In this document: positions 20,260 to 30,561 of the stretch, one piece after another
How the letters are laid out: each line of letters begins with the position of its first letter
Position numbering within the stretch: position 1 is the first letter of the stretch
DNA from: Aureliella sp.
GTDB taxonomy: Bacteria; Planctomycetota; Planctomycetia; Pirellulales; Pirellulaceae
Assembly: GCA_963691875.1 (NCBI GenBank)
Contig: OY829846.1
Coordinates: 1,536,001 to 1,600,000 of the forward strand
Direction: 5' to 3'
DNA: 64,000 nt
Made by a program: the position numbers and the translations under genes
The notes under the pieces: model-generated
The model's input: the letters and a program-made list of their open reading frames with translations, nothing else
What the model was told of the DNA's origin: nothing
Database searches by the model: none

Positions 20260-21105
20260 TTACCCCAGCAGTTCACTTCGAAGCTGTACAAGCAATCCAG
20301 AGGCGTGGGAAATCTCAGCTTTCTGACGTTCGGGCTCCTCGGGAATCTCGCGTTCGATCGTCAGAGGTCCGGAGTATCCGATCTCTTTCAAGGTACTTAG
20401 GTAGGCATTCATGTCTACCTGCCCTTCACCAAGCGGTACTTCGCATCCCCAGGTCTCGCCAGGTTTATCACTCCAGGTTGCGTCCTTGCAGTGTACACTC
20501 TTCACATAGTGTCCGACCTTCTTCAAGGCATCGATAGGCTGCCCCGTGCCATACAGAATCATGTTGGCGGGATCAAAATTGATGAACAAGTTGTCTCGTT
20601 GCATGTCGCCGATAAATTGCAACAGACCGTCAGCGGTCTCTTGCCCAGTCTCAAGATGCACTGACTGATCATTCTGTCCAGCATGATCGCAGAGCTCCCG
20701 GGTAACCTGAATCACTTCTTGATAAAGTGGATCAGCTGTGTCATGAGGGACAAAGCCCAAGTGCAAAGCAATGACGTCGCAGCCGAGCAGTCTTGAGAAG
20801 TCACTAATCTCTTTCATTTCTTGAAGACGATCGGCTCTTGTTTCCTCTGGAACCAAACCTACGGTCTTGGAGACCGTAGGGATGTCAGCATAGCTTTCCC
20901 CCTCGAATCCGCCAAAAACGGCGGTCAGTTCAATGCCGAGTGATTCTAGTCTTTCGAGGAAAGCTTCCGCATTCTCAGGCTTACGTGTCGAGCGATGCGG
21001 AGCATGCAGTTGAATCGTGGGAATCTTCAACTCATTCGCAACCTCAAGTTTTACCCCGAGTCCAGCATCGATACTCGTAAATACTCCAACTGACCAATCA
21101 GACAT
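20260..21105 (-). CDS. Sugar phosphate isomerase/epimerase (AP-endonuclease-2 TIM barrel)
   Basis: LETGQE, NFDPAN, VHCKD, PLGEGQVD, LTIERE. Confidence 0.9.
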   Translation of the reverse strand: MSDWSVGVFTSIDAGLGVKLEVANELKIPTIQLHAPHRSTRKPENAEAFLERLESLGIELTAVFGGFEGESYADIPTVSKTVGLVPEETRADRLQEMKEISDFSRLLGCDVIALHLGFVPHDTADPLYQEVIQVTRELCDHAGQNDQSVHLETGQETADGLLQFIGDMQRDNLFINFDPANMILYGTGQPIDALKKVGHYVKSVHCKDATWSDKPGETWGCEVPLGEGQVDMNAYLSTLKEIGYSGPLTIEREIPEEPERQKAEISHASGLLVQLRSELLG

Positions 21106-21250
21106 GTAGCTCGCTCCTGAAGTAGAAGAATTGTTGAGGGGTAGATTTACAGGGCAGTTATTCCTGCAAATCAACTATGCGATGAGTCTAGAGCAGACTC
21201 GGAATGACTGCCCCTTAGAGTTCAGCGACTGCAGATGGAAGGTGTGCTGA

Positions 21251-24200
21251 CTAGGATTCGTCGGTCGGCGTTTGCCCTTCAGCCTGCTCCTCGTGTTCAG
21301 CTGGCTGTGAGGTTGCAACTGACTCCGATTCCGGTCGACGCTCTTCTGACTTCGGCGGAGGCACATCGTCAGTACGCTTCGCTTCGTAGAATTGCATCAG
21401 GTCAGAGAACGAACGCAACGGTTCTTCACCCTCTTTCATCGCATCCGAAATTGGTGCTTTCGGCTTTTTGCTTTGGACTACGACAGGCTTCGACTGCTTG
21501 CGTTCAGCGCGCCGCCGCCCGCCTCCGTCTCTTCCGCGCCCTCGACGTGCATCCCTGCCACCTTGGCCTTTCCCGCCTTGCCCCTTGCCGTCACGGCCTT
21601 TGCCGATGAAACTACGTTTTCCATCGGAGCCACCACCTCTGCGTTTGCCTTGGGGCCGATCGCCGGAATTTTCGCGTCGACGACGATTGTTCGCGTTTTC
21701 CTCGCGCTGGTTCGCCCGTTCCTCTGGACTGAGGGTGGTCAACGCAACTTTGTTCTTCTTTTCGTCACATGAGATCACCCAAACCATCATCAAGTCTCCC
21801 ACTTGGACTACTTGATGCGGGTCTTCGACGTAATTCTTCGAAAGTTGCGAGATGTGAATCAGCCCACTGCAATCTGGAGCCAACTCGACGAAGGCTCCAA
21901 AATCGGCAACGCCGACCACGACTGCCCACAGGCAAATATCTGGCTTCAGCGTCGGCAGCGTTGGAACTTCAGTTAACATCGGTACCGGCGGACCGTCGAG
22001 TCTCGGGTCTCCAAACGGGTCTTGAAGACAGGAAGCGATCCAATTCAGTTTGGCACGTCCCACTTGCCAACTCTTTGCATACTTTTCAGTATCCAATTTG
22101 GCAGGCGAATCTGCGGCTTCCCTTCGGAAGGCCAAGACATCCTCGGGATATTCCGCTTGGGAACTCACTTTGTCCGTTTTGTCACCGTCTGCGGTAGGTT
22201 GTTCTTCACTAACCACTTCGGCTTCAGCAGGCGATGCTTCACCCGAGATGGTTTCCGTGTCGGCTGGCTCTTCTGAACCGCTAGTTGCCTCTTCACTTGG
22301 AGATTCGGCTGTTTCCTCTGACGTCGCAGGCTCCTCAGCTTGTGTTTCTTCCGAAGCAGGCTCGGCTGCGTCCGCCTCTATCGGAGCGGCAGCTAGATCA
22401 GAATCGGCCGAGTTCAACTCTACCTCGGTTGAACCTTCTGCAGCACCCGCTTCTGTCGCTGGCCCCTCTGCACTTTCGGGAGCCGCATCAGCCGACACTG
22501 TTTCAGCAACGAGTGTTGCTTCCGTTTCGGCAGCTACAGTTAGTTCGAAGGGAGGCAGCTCCCATCCTTCGGGTGAATCAGCAGGACTTTCAAGCTCCGT
22601 ATTACTGACCAGCCGCTCGGCAAGCTTGTAATCTTCCGGATGCACCAGAGTGGCATCCAGCTTCTGTTCGCTACCGTAGAGTCGCAAGAACCCGATCGCT
22701 TGGCGTCGCTGGTGTTCAGGCCAATCGCTAACGTCCGCAACAAGGTTTTCTCGCGTAGTCAAGTTTCTGTTGCCGGCTAATGTGGCGATCTGCTGAGCCT
22801 GACCTTCCTCTACGCCGGGGACATACTGCAAGCTCTCCACGTTGGCACGATGTGTGTCGACACCGCGATAGCTTACACACTGGGTGATGGTGTCGCGAAT
22901 CAGGTTGCGGAGCGGATCTTGCGGCAGTTCGCGTTGATAGCTTCCAAGTCGAATGCGATTGACGTCGATCTTCAGCAACTCGCCGAGCGGATCAATCTGG
23001 GAGCGAGCCACCCAAATTGCTGCTCGCATCCGTCGATTGTGTGCAGGCAATTCGCGAAGTGCGCTTCTGCCAGCAGCATATGCTTCGGCCCCACCACGAT
23101 CCGCCATCGTCCAACGCAACTCCCCACCGCTATGCTTCATCAACTCTCGAACGGTCAGCAGCAGGAATCTGCGAGCCGGCCCGTTGGTCAATGTTACGAG
23201 CGTTACCTGAAAACGATGAATAATCTCACCCAGCTGAGCTACATTTTGATTCACAGCATCGGGCTGAGCAGAGCAAATAACTTCATCAGTATGGAGAACT
23301 CGACCATCCGGACCCACCACGGCTACGGCCGATGACTTTGGGCCGATTGTGTCAACGAGAAGAATCACATGGCCACGAATGGGGCGTCGCATGAGGCTTG
23401 CACGCAACTGATCGGTCGCTGTTTCCAGCAGTTTGTCTTGCGCGTTTTCTTCGAGTGAAGAGAGCACGTCGGCTTCTACCTTCGCTTGAAGCCCACTTCC
23501 CCAAATCCCGTCCACAGCGGTAGAGAACCAACTGGCAAGCTTGTGAGATTCAGCCACAAACGTATCACGTGCGGCCGTGAGTAGCTCGGATGGCTCATAT
23601 TGCAAATTGACGCGAACAATCTGACTTCGCCGACCACGGCCCAACATCAACAACTGGTAAGCCGTCAATTTGGAGATACTCTCCTTGAGCGACTTCATCG
23701 GCTGGAGCATGGTGGACAACCACCTACGACGACGCTGACGAGGCGTTAACTTCGACTGAGACTTAATTTCTGTTTTCTTGGCATCGTCTCCTTTCGATTT
23801 CCCTTCGTCAGGAGTTGTGAAAGTAAGTTGCGGCTCGTCGCTACTCGCCTCGCATTCAGCCTCCGCCTCGGAGCTAGCGTCTGACGAAACCTCCGTTGTT
23901 GCTGCCTCCGACTCAGGCACAGGGCTTGATGCTTCCTTTTCGGACGTTTCAGCTGCCGGAGAATCTGCTGCAGCATCTTCCTGTTTGTCTTGTTCGGGTG
24001 AGGAGACGGGGGTTGCTGCTGATTCGACTGTCTCGCTCGCAGGCGAGACAGAAGGAGCTACGCCCGTTTCTGGCTCCTGTGTGCCCGGCGTTTCGGGTGC
24101 CGACTCTAAAGCTTCTGTACAAGTGATGGCAGTTTCATCCCCTGGCTCAGCAGCGTGCTTGTCATCGCTTTTCTCAGGTCGACTGCTCGTTTCAAGATAG

Positions 24201-24769
24201 TCGATTGAGACGCGAGCCTTTTTCTGAATGATCTTCCTAAGAGAATGATTTAAACGTGCGTCACACTGCAAAATCAGTCCCATTAACCTTTGCGCTTGCT
24301 CGACAAGCTGAGCCGATTCCTCTGCACCAAGCGAATATTTTTCCTGGGCGATTTCGGCAACAGGTTTTGCATCGCCTTCGTAGGCAATGAGGTGCTCGAG
24401 GAATTCTTGGACTTGTGCGTCTCGCTCTGCGGTTTGAGCAAGATTGCGGCGAGCCCTCCAAGCGCGCATCACGACATCAACTTCGGTCTCCGATACTGCT
24501 CGATCTAGGCCTTTATTCGCTTCATCATCTAGAACAGCGTCCTTGGGAAGCTGTTCTTGGGAGCGTTGCTTGGCGGCTGCGAGTCGTTGGCTACGATCAA
24601 TCTCAAGCTTGAGAGACCACAAGACTTCAGGGGTTAATCCTCCTGACTCGTCTGATCGGTAACGCTCGATAAAGCTGGGGTGAAAGCCTTGCTGGATCAG
24701 GTCGGCTGCAAGGCGGATTTGGTCATCAGAAAGGCGAAGACGACGGGCGATGCCGCTAAGATCAGTCAT
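21251..24769 (-). CDS. Divergent Tex-like RNA-binding protein (Tex_N, YqgF-like, HhH, S1) with acidic insertions
   Basis: PSFIERYRSDESGGL (Tex_N), DPLGELLKID..LGSYQ, LDATLVHPEDY, PFGDPR, DFGAFVEL..GLIHISQLS (S1). Confidence 0.85.
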   Translation of the reverse strand: MTDLSGIARRLRLSDDQIRLAADLIQQGFHPSFIERYRSDESGGLTPEVLWSLKLEIDRSQRLAAAKQRSQEQLPKDAVLDDEANKGLDRAVSETEVDVVMRAWRARRNLAQTAERDAQVQEFLEHLIAYEGDAKPVAEIAQEKYSLGAEESAQLVEQAQRLMGLILQCDARLNHSLRKIIQKKARVSIDYLETSSRPEKSDDKHAAEPGDETAITCTEALESAPETPGTQEPETGVAPSVSPASETVESAATPVSSPEQDKQEDAAADSPAAETSEKEASSPVPESEAATTEVSSDASSEAEAECEASSDEPQLTFTTPDEGKSKGDDAKKTEIKSQSKLTPRQRRRRWLSTMLQPMKSLKESISKLTAYQLLMLGRGRRSQIVRVNLQYEPSELLTAARDTFVAESHKLASWFSTAVDGIWGSGLQAKVEADVLSSLEENAQDKLLETATDQLRASLMRRPIRGHVILLVDTIGPKSSAVAVVGPDGRVLHTDEVICSAQPDAVNQNVAQLGEIIHRFQVTLVTLTNGPARRFLLLTVRELMKHSGGELRWTMADRGGAEAYAAGRSALRELPAHNRRMRAAIWVARSQIDPLGELLKIDVNRIRLGSYQRELPQDPLRNLIRDTITQCVSYRGVDTHRANVESLQYVPGVEEGQAQQIATLAGNRNLTTRENLVADVSDWPEHQRRQAIGFLRLYGSEQKLDATLVHPEDYKLAERLVSNTELESPADSPEGWELPPFELTVAAETEATLVAETVSADAAPESAEGPATEAGAAEGSTEVELNSADSDLAAAPIEADAAEPASEETQAEEPATSEETAESPSEEATSGSEEPADTETISGEASPAEAEVVSEEQPTADGDKTDKVSSQAEYPEDVLAFRREAADSPAKLDTEKYAKSWQVGRAKLNWIASCLQDPFGDPRLDGPPVPMLTEVPTLPTLKPDICLWAVVVGVADFGAFVELAPDCSGLIHISQLSKNYVEDPHQVVQVGDLMMVWVISCDEKKNKVALTTLSPEERANQREENANNRRRRENSGDRPQGKRRGGGSDGKRSFIGKGRDGKGQGGKGQGGRDARRGRGRDGGGRRRAERKQSKPVVVQSKKPKAPISDAMKEGEEPLRSFSDLMQFYEAKRTDDVPPPKSEERRPESESVATSQPAEHEEQAEGQTPTDES

Positions 24770-25199
24770 GCGGTTCAGTCTCTTTTTGCTCGCGCAACAT
24801 CTGAAACGTGTTGGGCTTGCAGTTCACATTTTGTCGTGGGCTCGCGACTGCCACGCAGTCTGAAGTCGAGCAAAATGGCTGTTAATTACTTCTCTACGCT
24901 AGGCTCAAGGCCTCACGTGCCAGCGCATTCCGCTCGAAGCTATGCGGATCACAGGTGCTTGTCAAGCAACCGCGTAGCAAAAGCATCCATTCTTCCCAAC
25001 ATCCAAACAAAACCCCCTTAAACGCACGACTTCAAACCTGCGCGGCAAAAGAAAAGGAACCAGGCACTTTTGCTAGCTTTCGCATTTGTTCGTCAGCGCG
25101 AACTTAAATCCTGCATTTGCCTTAACCCGCAAAGTCGACCTAACCGATAGATACTACTAACAAGTAACCCAACTTGCACCTTTAGTACCAAGTCACCGG

Positions 25200-25454
25200 A
25201 TGAGCCAAGAACCCAATATCCTTAGCTTTGAAGATTATCAATCTGAGCCTTCAACCAGCGTCGGTGACGATAGGCAGCAGGCTCTGCGCGTTTCAGCTGG
25301 AGAAGTTCTCGCGCTTATGATGCACGCCGCTCGAACCCGACGCATGTGGATCGAGGACTTTGCGGACGAGACCCTCTTTGTCAGTCCAGACATGTACGAA
25401 GTCCTGGTGACGTACAAGAGAATCGCGTTTGAAACAAACTCAAAAGCCGCCTAG
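25200..25454 (+). CDS. Small hypothetical protein (84 aa)
   Basis: Occupies the gap between genes, divergent from the Tex-like gene; protein-like composition. Confidence 0.7.
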   Translation: MSQEPNILSFEDYQSEPSTSVGDDRQQALRVSAGEVLALMMHAARTRRMWIEDFADETLFVSPDMYEVLVTYKRIAFETNSKAA

Positions 25455-25514
25455 GGAGTCCAGCTCGAGCCACGCGAAAGGCAGGAGACCTCGGAGAAGC
25501 TGAGGGCTGCAGAA

Positions 25515-26501
25515 CTAGCGCAATTGCCAGGCGGGCAGATTGGCTGCTGATGCTGGCAGTGACTCCATGGTGTTCTGCGGCTTTTGCAAATCTAGGTAGC
25601 GGGGCGCGTCGGCTTGACGAGCATCCTCAAGCCAGGTTTTCAGACGTGCCAACTTAACTTGAGCATTCTCCTCGTCGGTCGACTCGTGATCTGGGGCATG
25701 CCCCCAAGATACAGTGTGGCGATCTACCGTTTCCAACGACATGAGCCAACCATCGGCGCCCAAAGTGCTTTTGTCAGGACTTACGAAAACTGCACGCACC
25801 CCAAGCTTCTCACGTACCGGCGCAAGAAAGCGGCACAACGCCAGAGCTTCTGATATTCTCTTATCGCCGAATGCCATGCGAACCTTATTCTTCGTCGGCT
25901 GAATGCCATCAGCAATGATGGCGATATAGTTAAACGCATCTTCACTTTCGAAATCTTGCCGGGGTAGGACGTACCCCTCATCATCGACTGCATAGAATCC
26001 GAACTTGGCTTCTCCACCAGGCACATCGGAGGCCATCGGCTGAAAAACCAGAGCCCTCGGTTCGCGGTAGAGGAGATCTACCACCAGCTCTCCGCTGCCG
26101 CTTTTGGTAACACGAAGCGTAGATTTGATCCAAGCGTGAGTCTCAAAGGCTTGAGCAATCGTGGCGGTTATCTGTGGATCCAGCAGTGATAGCTCCTCAA
26201 ACGCTCCAACTTCGATGACTTCGTCGACAACCTGAGTGCGACGAATCCAAGTTGGCTGAGGTGTAACCGTCAGATTCTCCGTGTCGAAGGCATAAAGCGC
26301 TCGGTCTAGATGTTCTGCACCATAGAAGAGCCATCCAAAGTAGCCCAAGAAAACGAGGGGGCTGACGGCGAAGATCAATGCCGCGCCGGGAATGCGCTGC
26401 ACATAATCTGCCGCGCGTGCAAACAGTCCTTGCTTTTCTTCGTCAGAAGTCATTTTCGAATCAGTTCTGATCCTAGTCCCGGTCCGTGGAACTATCGGCA
26501 A
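25515..26501 (-). CDS. FtsQ/DivIB-like membrane protein
   Basis: Single N-terminal TM, then a POTRA-like segment (HAWIKSTLRVTK..LVVDLLYREPRALV) and FYAVDDEGYVLP; directly downstream of the murB-like gene. Real start may be about 26453. Confidence 0.6.
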   Translation of the reverse strand: MPIVPRTGTRIRTDSKMTSDEEKQGLFARAADYVQRIPGAALIFAVSPLVFLGYFGWLFYGAEHLDRALYAFDTENLTVTPQPTWIRRTQVVDEVIEVGAFEELSLLDPQITATIAQAFETHAWIKSTLRVTKSGSGELVVDLLYREPRALVFQPMASDVPGGEAKFGFYAVDDEGYVLPRQDFESEDAFNYIAIIADGIQPTKNKVRMAFGDKRISEALALCRFLAPVREKLGVRAVFVSPDKSTLGADGWLMSLETVDRHTVSWGHAPDHESTDEENAQVKLARLKTWLEDARQADAPRYLDLQKPQNTMESLPASAANLPAWQLR

Positions 26502-26587
26502 TAGGAGTAACTAGCAACCTTGCTGCGAAAGTGGCGCGAAACAGATAGTTAGGAAGAATCTCTAGCTATCTTCACACAAGTTTTCCT

Positions 26588-27460
26588 TTACCAGATTTTC
26601 AGTTGCTGATGCAACTGAATTCCAGACTGCACTTCAACAGCCCGAGCAATACGACCCACCAATGCTAGCACATCCTTTGCGTCAGCCTCTTTTGTAACGC
26701 CAAGATAGCCAGGGAACTTAGGATTCATGCTGGCCTCGCCCTCCGCTGCGGACTTCATCCCAGCAGCTTCTAACAATTCAGAGATTTGCCAGCCACTTGG
26801 CTCAATAAAAGCTTGAGCCAAGCAGTCGTCGACAGCTGGCTGGGCAGCTTTCTTGACGATCCAATTTGCCTGGAGCTTACGCGTGACTTCGGCTGGATCT
26901 TGCCTTTGCAATTCAATCTCTGCCGAAGTGACGATGAGGTGCTCTAGATTCGAGCGGCGGTACCCAAACTTTAGATCTTCTCGCGATAGCTCGACTTCCT
27001 GCGCGTCGCGATCGACACCGCAGACTCGCTGGACACGGCTACCCAAGTCATCATTCTTGACGCCTGAGTTGCACACCACTGCCGCACCAACTGTTCCTGG
27101 GATCCCGGCCAGGTGCTCAAGGCCGGCTAAACCTGATTCGGCAGCCGCAGAGATCAGATCGCCAAGCGAAGCCGCAGCACCTACAACGATTTTGTTATCT
27201 GAAATCGTCACTGCTTCGAATTCACCGGTTAACCGCACGACAAGAGCATCGATCTGTCCGCTGCGAATGAGCAGATTGGAGCCAGCCCCCAGGACTCGAA
27301 CTGGCAGTGAGGCAGCCGTCGCTTCCTTGCAGAGTTGCGTCAGAATAGAGCTGGAGGGAACTTCCGCAAAGAACCTAGCCGAACCGCCGATTCTTAACCA
27401 ACAACGCTCAGCAAGTGAGACATTCTCATGCACGTAGGAATTCAGTGATTCGGAAAACAC
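26588..27460 (-). CDS. murB: UDP-N-acetylmuramate dehydrogenase homolog (FAD-binding), degenerate active site
   Basis: RIGGSA, LGAGSNLL, GLEHLAGIPGTVGAAV, FGYRRS. Confidence 0.85.
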   Translation of the reverse strand: MFSESLNSYVHENVSLAERCWLRIGGSARFFAEVPSSSILTQLCKEATAASLPVRVLGAGSNLLIRSGQIDALVVRLTGEFEAVTISDNKIVVGAAASLGDLISAAAESGLAGLEHLAGIPGTVGAAVVCNSGVKNDDLGSRVQRVCGVDRDAQEVELSREDLKFGYRRSNLEHLIVTSAEIELQRQDPAEVTRKLQANWIVKKAAQPAVDDCLAQAFIEPSGWQISELLEAAGMKSAAEGEASMNPKFPGYLGVTKEADAKDVLALVGRIARAVEVQSGIQLHQQLKIW

Positions 27461-27549
27461 TTTTTGAAACCCTCAAATATCTGAAACGCTGCCGCTTGCC
27501 TGGATTTGGCACTGCCCGGGACAATATGAATAGCATTGCTCAATCCCAC

Positions 27550-27591
27550 AAAAAAAACGACCGGTCAGGCTCTCCCGACCGATCGTTTTTT
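27550..27591. terminator. Bidirectional-type terminator after the thioredoxin-like gene
   Basis: aaaaaacgaccggtc...gaccgatcgtttttt. Confidence 0.75.
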
Positions 27592-27627
27592 CGTTTTTGT
27601 TCGACTTCAAGGAGCCTTCTTTGAGAT

Positions 27628-28041
27628 CTAACGCAAGACTTGCTCACTAATGATCTTGCCGCCTGCTCGAGCAAGCAACTCTTTCATACGCTTCTTACTC
27701 TGCATTCCCGTAAGACTAAATCGCTTCCATTTCCCGTCTTTCTTGTTGAAGACGATGACCTGGGGAAGCGTCGGACCCTTCATCAGCTTCTCAGCTAGCT
27801 CTGGGTTTTGATCTTTGTCGACATAGGTCACGACTACTTTGTCGAGCTGTCCATCCTTTTGCATCGGCTGCATCGTTTCGCGTTTCATAATCTGGCACGA
27901 CGCGCACCAGTCTGCACCAACAAGGATGACAAGAGGCTTCTTTTCCTTGTCTGCTTTCTTAAACGCAGCTTCGTACTTCAACGGCTTTCCATCGGTGGTA
28001 CCGGCGATGGCAAACAAGATCGACATTGCCAATTCAACCAT
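27628..28041 (-). CDS. Exported thioredoxin family protein
   Basis: KPLVILVGADWCASC, TLPQ; short signal-like N-terminus. Confidence 0.88.
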   Translation of the reverse strand: MVELAMSILFAIAGTTDGKPLKYEAAFKKADKEKKPLVILVGADWCASCQIMKRETMQPMQKDGQLDKVVVTYVDKDQNPELAEKLMKGPTLPQVIVFNKKDGKWKRFSLTGMQSKKRMKELLARAGGKIISEQVLR

Positions 28042-28699
28042 GATTACATCCTTCTACATTTTGAAATGCGACCGTCGCTTCGGAGACCGGTAAACTCCTT
28101 GTGGCACCCCATAGTTGCGCCGCGAAGATTCCTTTCCATCCTCCGTGCGATTGCGTCAAAGTAGTCCTCGATGCTATGCATCGTGAAAAGAATCGTGGGC
28201 TAGCAAAGCCTTAGCGATTGCAGAGGGCTTAACGATTACGTTGTGTCTGACGCGTGCAAGGCCGCGAGTATAAGGGCCTTCATGGGGCTGACAACCATGC
28301 CCCAACATTGGAGGTTAATCGGATAGCTAGCTTTCAAGATGCATTTTCGTCTGAAAAACCAGGCTGCTTTTCAGCCTATCCACCCCTGGCTACTCCAGCT
28401 GCCCCGTCTGCCTAGAGCCTTCCCGTCGTAGCGATGTTACTTATTACCCTGGAAATTAGTGATTCCACAAACATTAGAGCGGCTTTTGGGGCGATCATTT
28501 GGACGCAAAGTCGAGTGCCGCAAGATGTCGAATTGGCCAGAAGGTGTTAAACTCTGCGTAGTGTCAAAACGGCCCCCTCAATTCAAGGGTTCACAGACCT
28601 TTCAGGCGAGTGGAAGCGTTTTCGCCTGCGAGTTCGTTTTTATCTGGGAAAAATCATTTTCTGTTAGCCTTTTTCTGTTAGCTGAACCACCCACTCGAA

Positions 28700-29719
28700 A
28701 TGAAACTCAAACTGGGGCTCATCGGCCTTTCTAGAGACTGGAGAAGCCGTCACTTACCCGCACTGCGGATGCTGGCAGAGCGATTCGAGGTTTGCGCGGT
28801 CTACAACTCTATCTCGTCCTTAGCAGCCAACGTCGCCCGCGAATTTGATGCGCAGCCGTTTGACGGTTTCCGCGAAATGCTTGCCCACTCGGAAATCGAA
28901 GCGGTCCTGTTTCTGGAAAGTAGCTGGTACGGAACCGCGCCGATCAACGCCGCTTGCGACTATGGGAAGGCTATTTATTGTGGTTCCGAAATTAAATTGG
29001 CGCCCGAGCGAGCTGCGGGCCTTCGAGAATTGGTACAGCAATCCGGAGTCGCCTTCATGGCCGAATTCCCACGACGCTTGGCACCAGCCTCACTCCGACT
29101 CAAAGAACTGATCGCGACGCGATTAGGGCAACCACAAATGATCTTCTGCCATCGGCGGCTACCTGCCGAGTGCGGTTCGCAGCAAAGCTTGCCGCAGGAG
29201 GTCATGGATCGGGAGCTCGTAGAACTAATGGACTGGTGCTCGTTTGTCGCCGGAAAACCGATTTCTTCGATCCATGCTAACTCACACAGTTCGCGAGATT
29301 CGCAGCATCTGGATTACTGCTCCTTGAGCCTCCAACTCGGTGGATCTGATGAGGACTCGGGATCAGAAAACAGCGATCCGACGACTGCTCAGATAAGCTG
29401 CGGTGCGTACATCCCGGCCAGTTGGCAAGAAGCAATTCACTTCCAGCAACCATCTGCGATGCAAGTGCGATGTGAGAATGGCCTCGCTTTTCTGGACTTG
29501 CCAAACACTCTAATTTGGTTTGACGAAGCCGGCCGGCACCAAGAATCTTTGGAGGCAGAATTGAATGTTGGCCAACAGTTGCTGACTCAATTCCATCGTT
29601 CCGTCACGAGTCTTGTTCGCAAGATGGCCGATCTAGAAGACGTCTGCCGTGGCCTACAGGCAATTCAAGTCGCTCGCCAGAGCATGCACGAGCACCGCCG
29701 CATGTTCCTTGAGCAATAA
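28700..29719 (+). CDS. Gfo/Idh/MocA family oxidoreductase (divergent)
   Basis: LKLGLIGL..HLPAL..FEVCAVY..GKAIYC..FMAEFPRR. Confidence 0.82.
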   Translation: MKLKLGLIGLSRDWRSRHLPALRMLAERFEVCAVYNSISSLAANVAREFDAQPFDGFREMLAHSEIEAVLFLESSWYGTAPINAACDYGKAIYCGSEIKLAPERAAGLRELVQQSGVAFMAEFPRRLAPASLRLKELIATRLGQPQMIFCHRRLPAECGSQQSLPQEVMDRELVELMDWCSFVAGKPISSIHANSHSSRDSQHLDYCSLSLQLGGSDEDSGSENSDPTTAQISCGAYIPASWQEAIHFQQPSAMQVRCENGLAFLDLPNTLIWFDEAGRHQESLEAELNVGQQLLTQFHRSVTSLVRKMADLEDVCRGLQAIQVARQSMHEHRRMFLEQ

Positions 29720-29831
29720 CACGCGAAGCAACGTATTATTCGTCCTCCCAGCTTCCCTGCCTCAATGATCGTGAATGGCTGCTGATCTCGGGACGTTTCG
29801 CGTAAGACCAAATCCAGTAGGCTAGAAGTCC

Positions 29832-30284
29832 TCAAAGCACTACCGAGCAAAGAACAATCGCCGCCTTACCCAACGCACCCAGCAGCAGTGCGGCCAGCTT
29901 TTTCTCCCCCCGCTTCTCGGCCAGCCAGGGAAGTAATTGCTGCTTCTTAATCACTGCTTCTTCTTCCCAACCCGACAAAAACCAGATCAACATGCCCGCC
30001 AAGGCGGCCAGCATGAGCATGAGGTTCGAATTCTGTGACTTCGAGAACTCTGCAAGCGACGCCCGCCGACGTGTGAAACCGCTCATTTCACACCGCTCGG
30101 CTAGCTGTCGGAAATCCTCTCCGTTCTCGACTCCCAAGACAAAGAACTTTGTCCTGCTAGAATCCGGACGTAAACGAAGAAGCAGAGTATTCCCAAGCGG
30201 ATTGCGAGTTATCGAAAGTATGTTCTTGAGCACGATCCGCTGAGCAGCCGCGAGATCTGCGTTGGTGAGCGATTTCGCACTCAT
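29832..30284 (-). CDS. Hypothetical membrane protein, possibly a remnant
   Basis: ORF with two hydrophobic segments filling the gap; no recognisable family. Confidence 0.35.
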   Translation of the reverse strand: MSAKSLTNADLAAAQRIVLKNILSITRNPLGNTLLLRLRPDSSRTKFFVLGVENGEDFRQLAERCEMSGFTRRRASLAEFSKSQNSNLMLMLAALAGMLIWFLSGWEEEAVIKKQQLLPWLAEKRGEKKLAALLLGALGKAAIVLCSVVL

Positions 30285-30561
30285 AATACGATTCAAATCG
30301 CCGGTGAAGCCTGGACAGGATATCACGTCAAAGTGCACCAAGTACTCTTCGTGAATGCAAAGCAGCGAATCTGCCTTCTCTGTGACAACGAAGCAAAACG
30401 CTGCCCCTGCGGAATCGTCGATAATGGCTTCTACAGATCCCGACTCGCCAGGATTTCACTCGAATGCATCGGTACGTGTTTAGATTATCCGCGCTGTCGG
30501 CAAACATATCGAATAAACAATCGGAATCTGTTATTTGCAAGACTGCGGCCGATGAATGATG

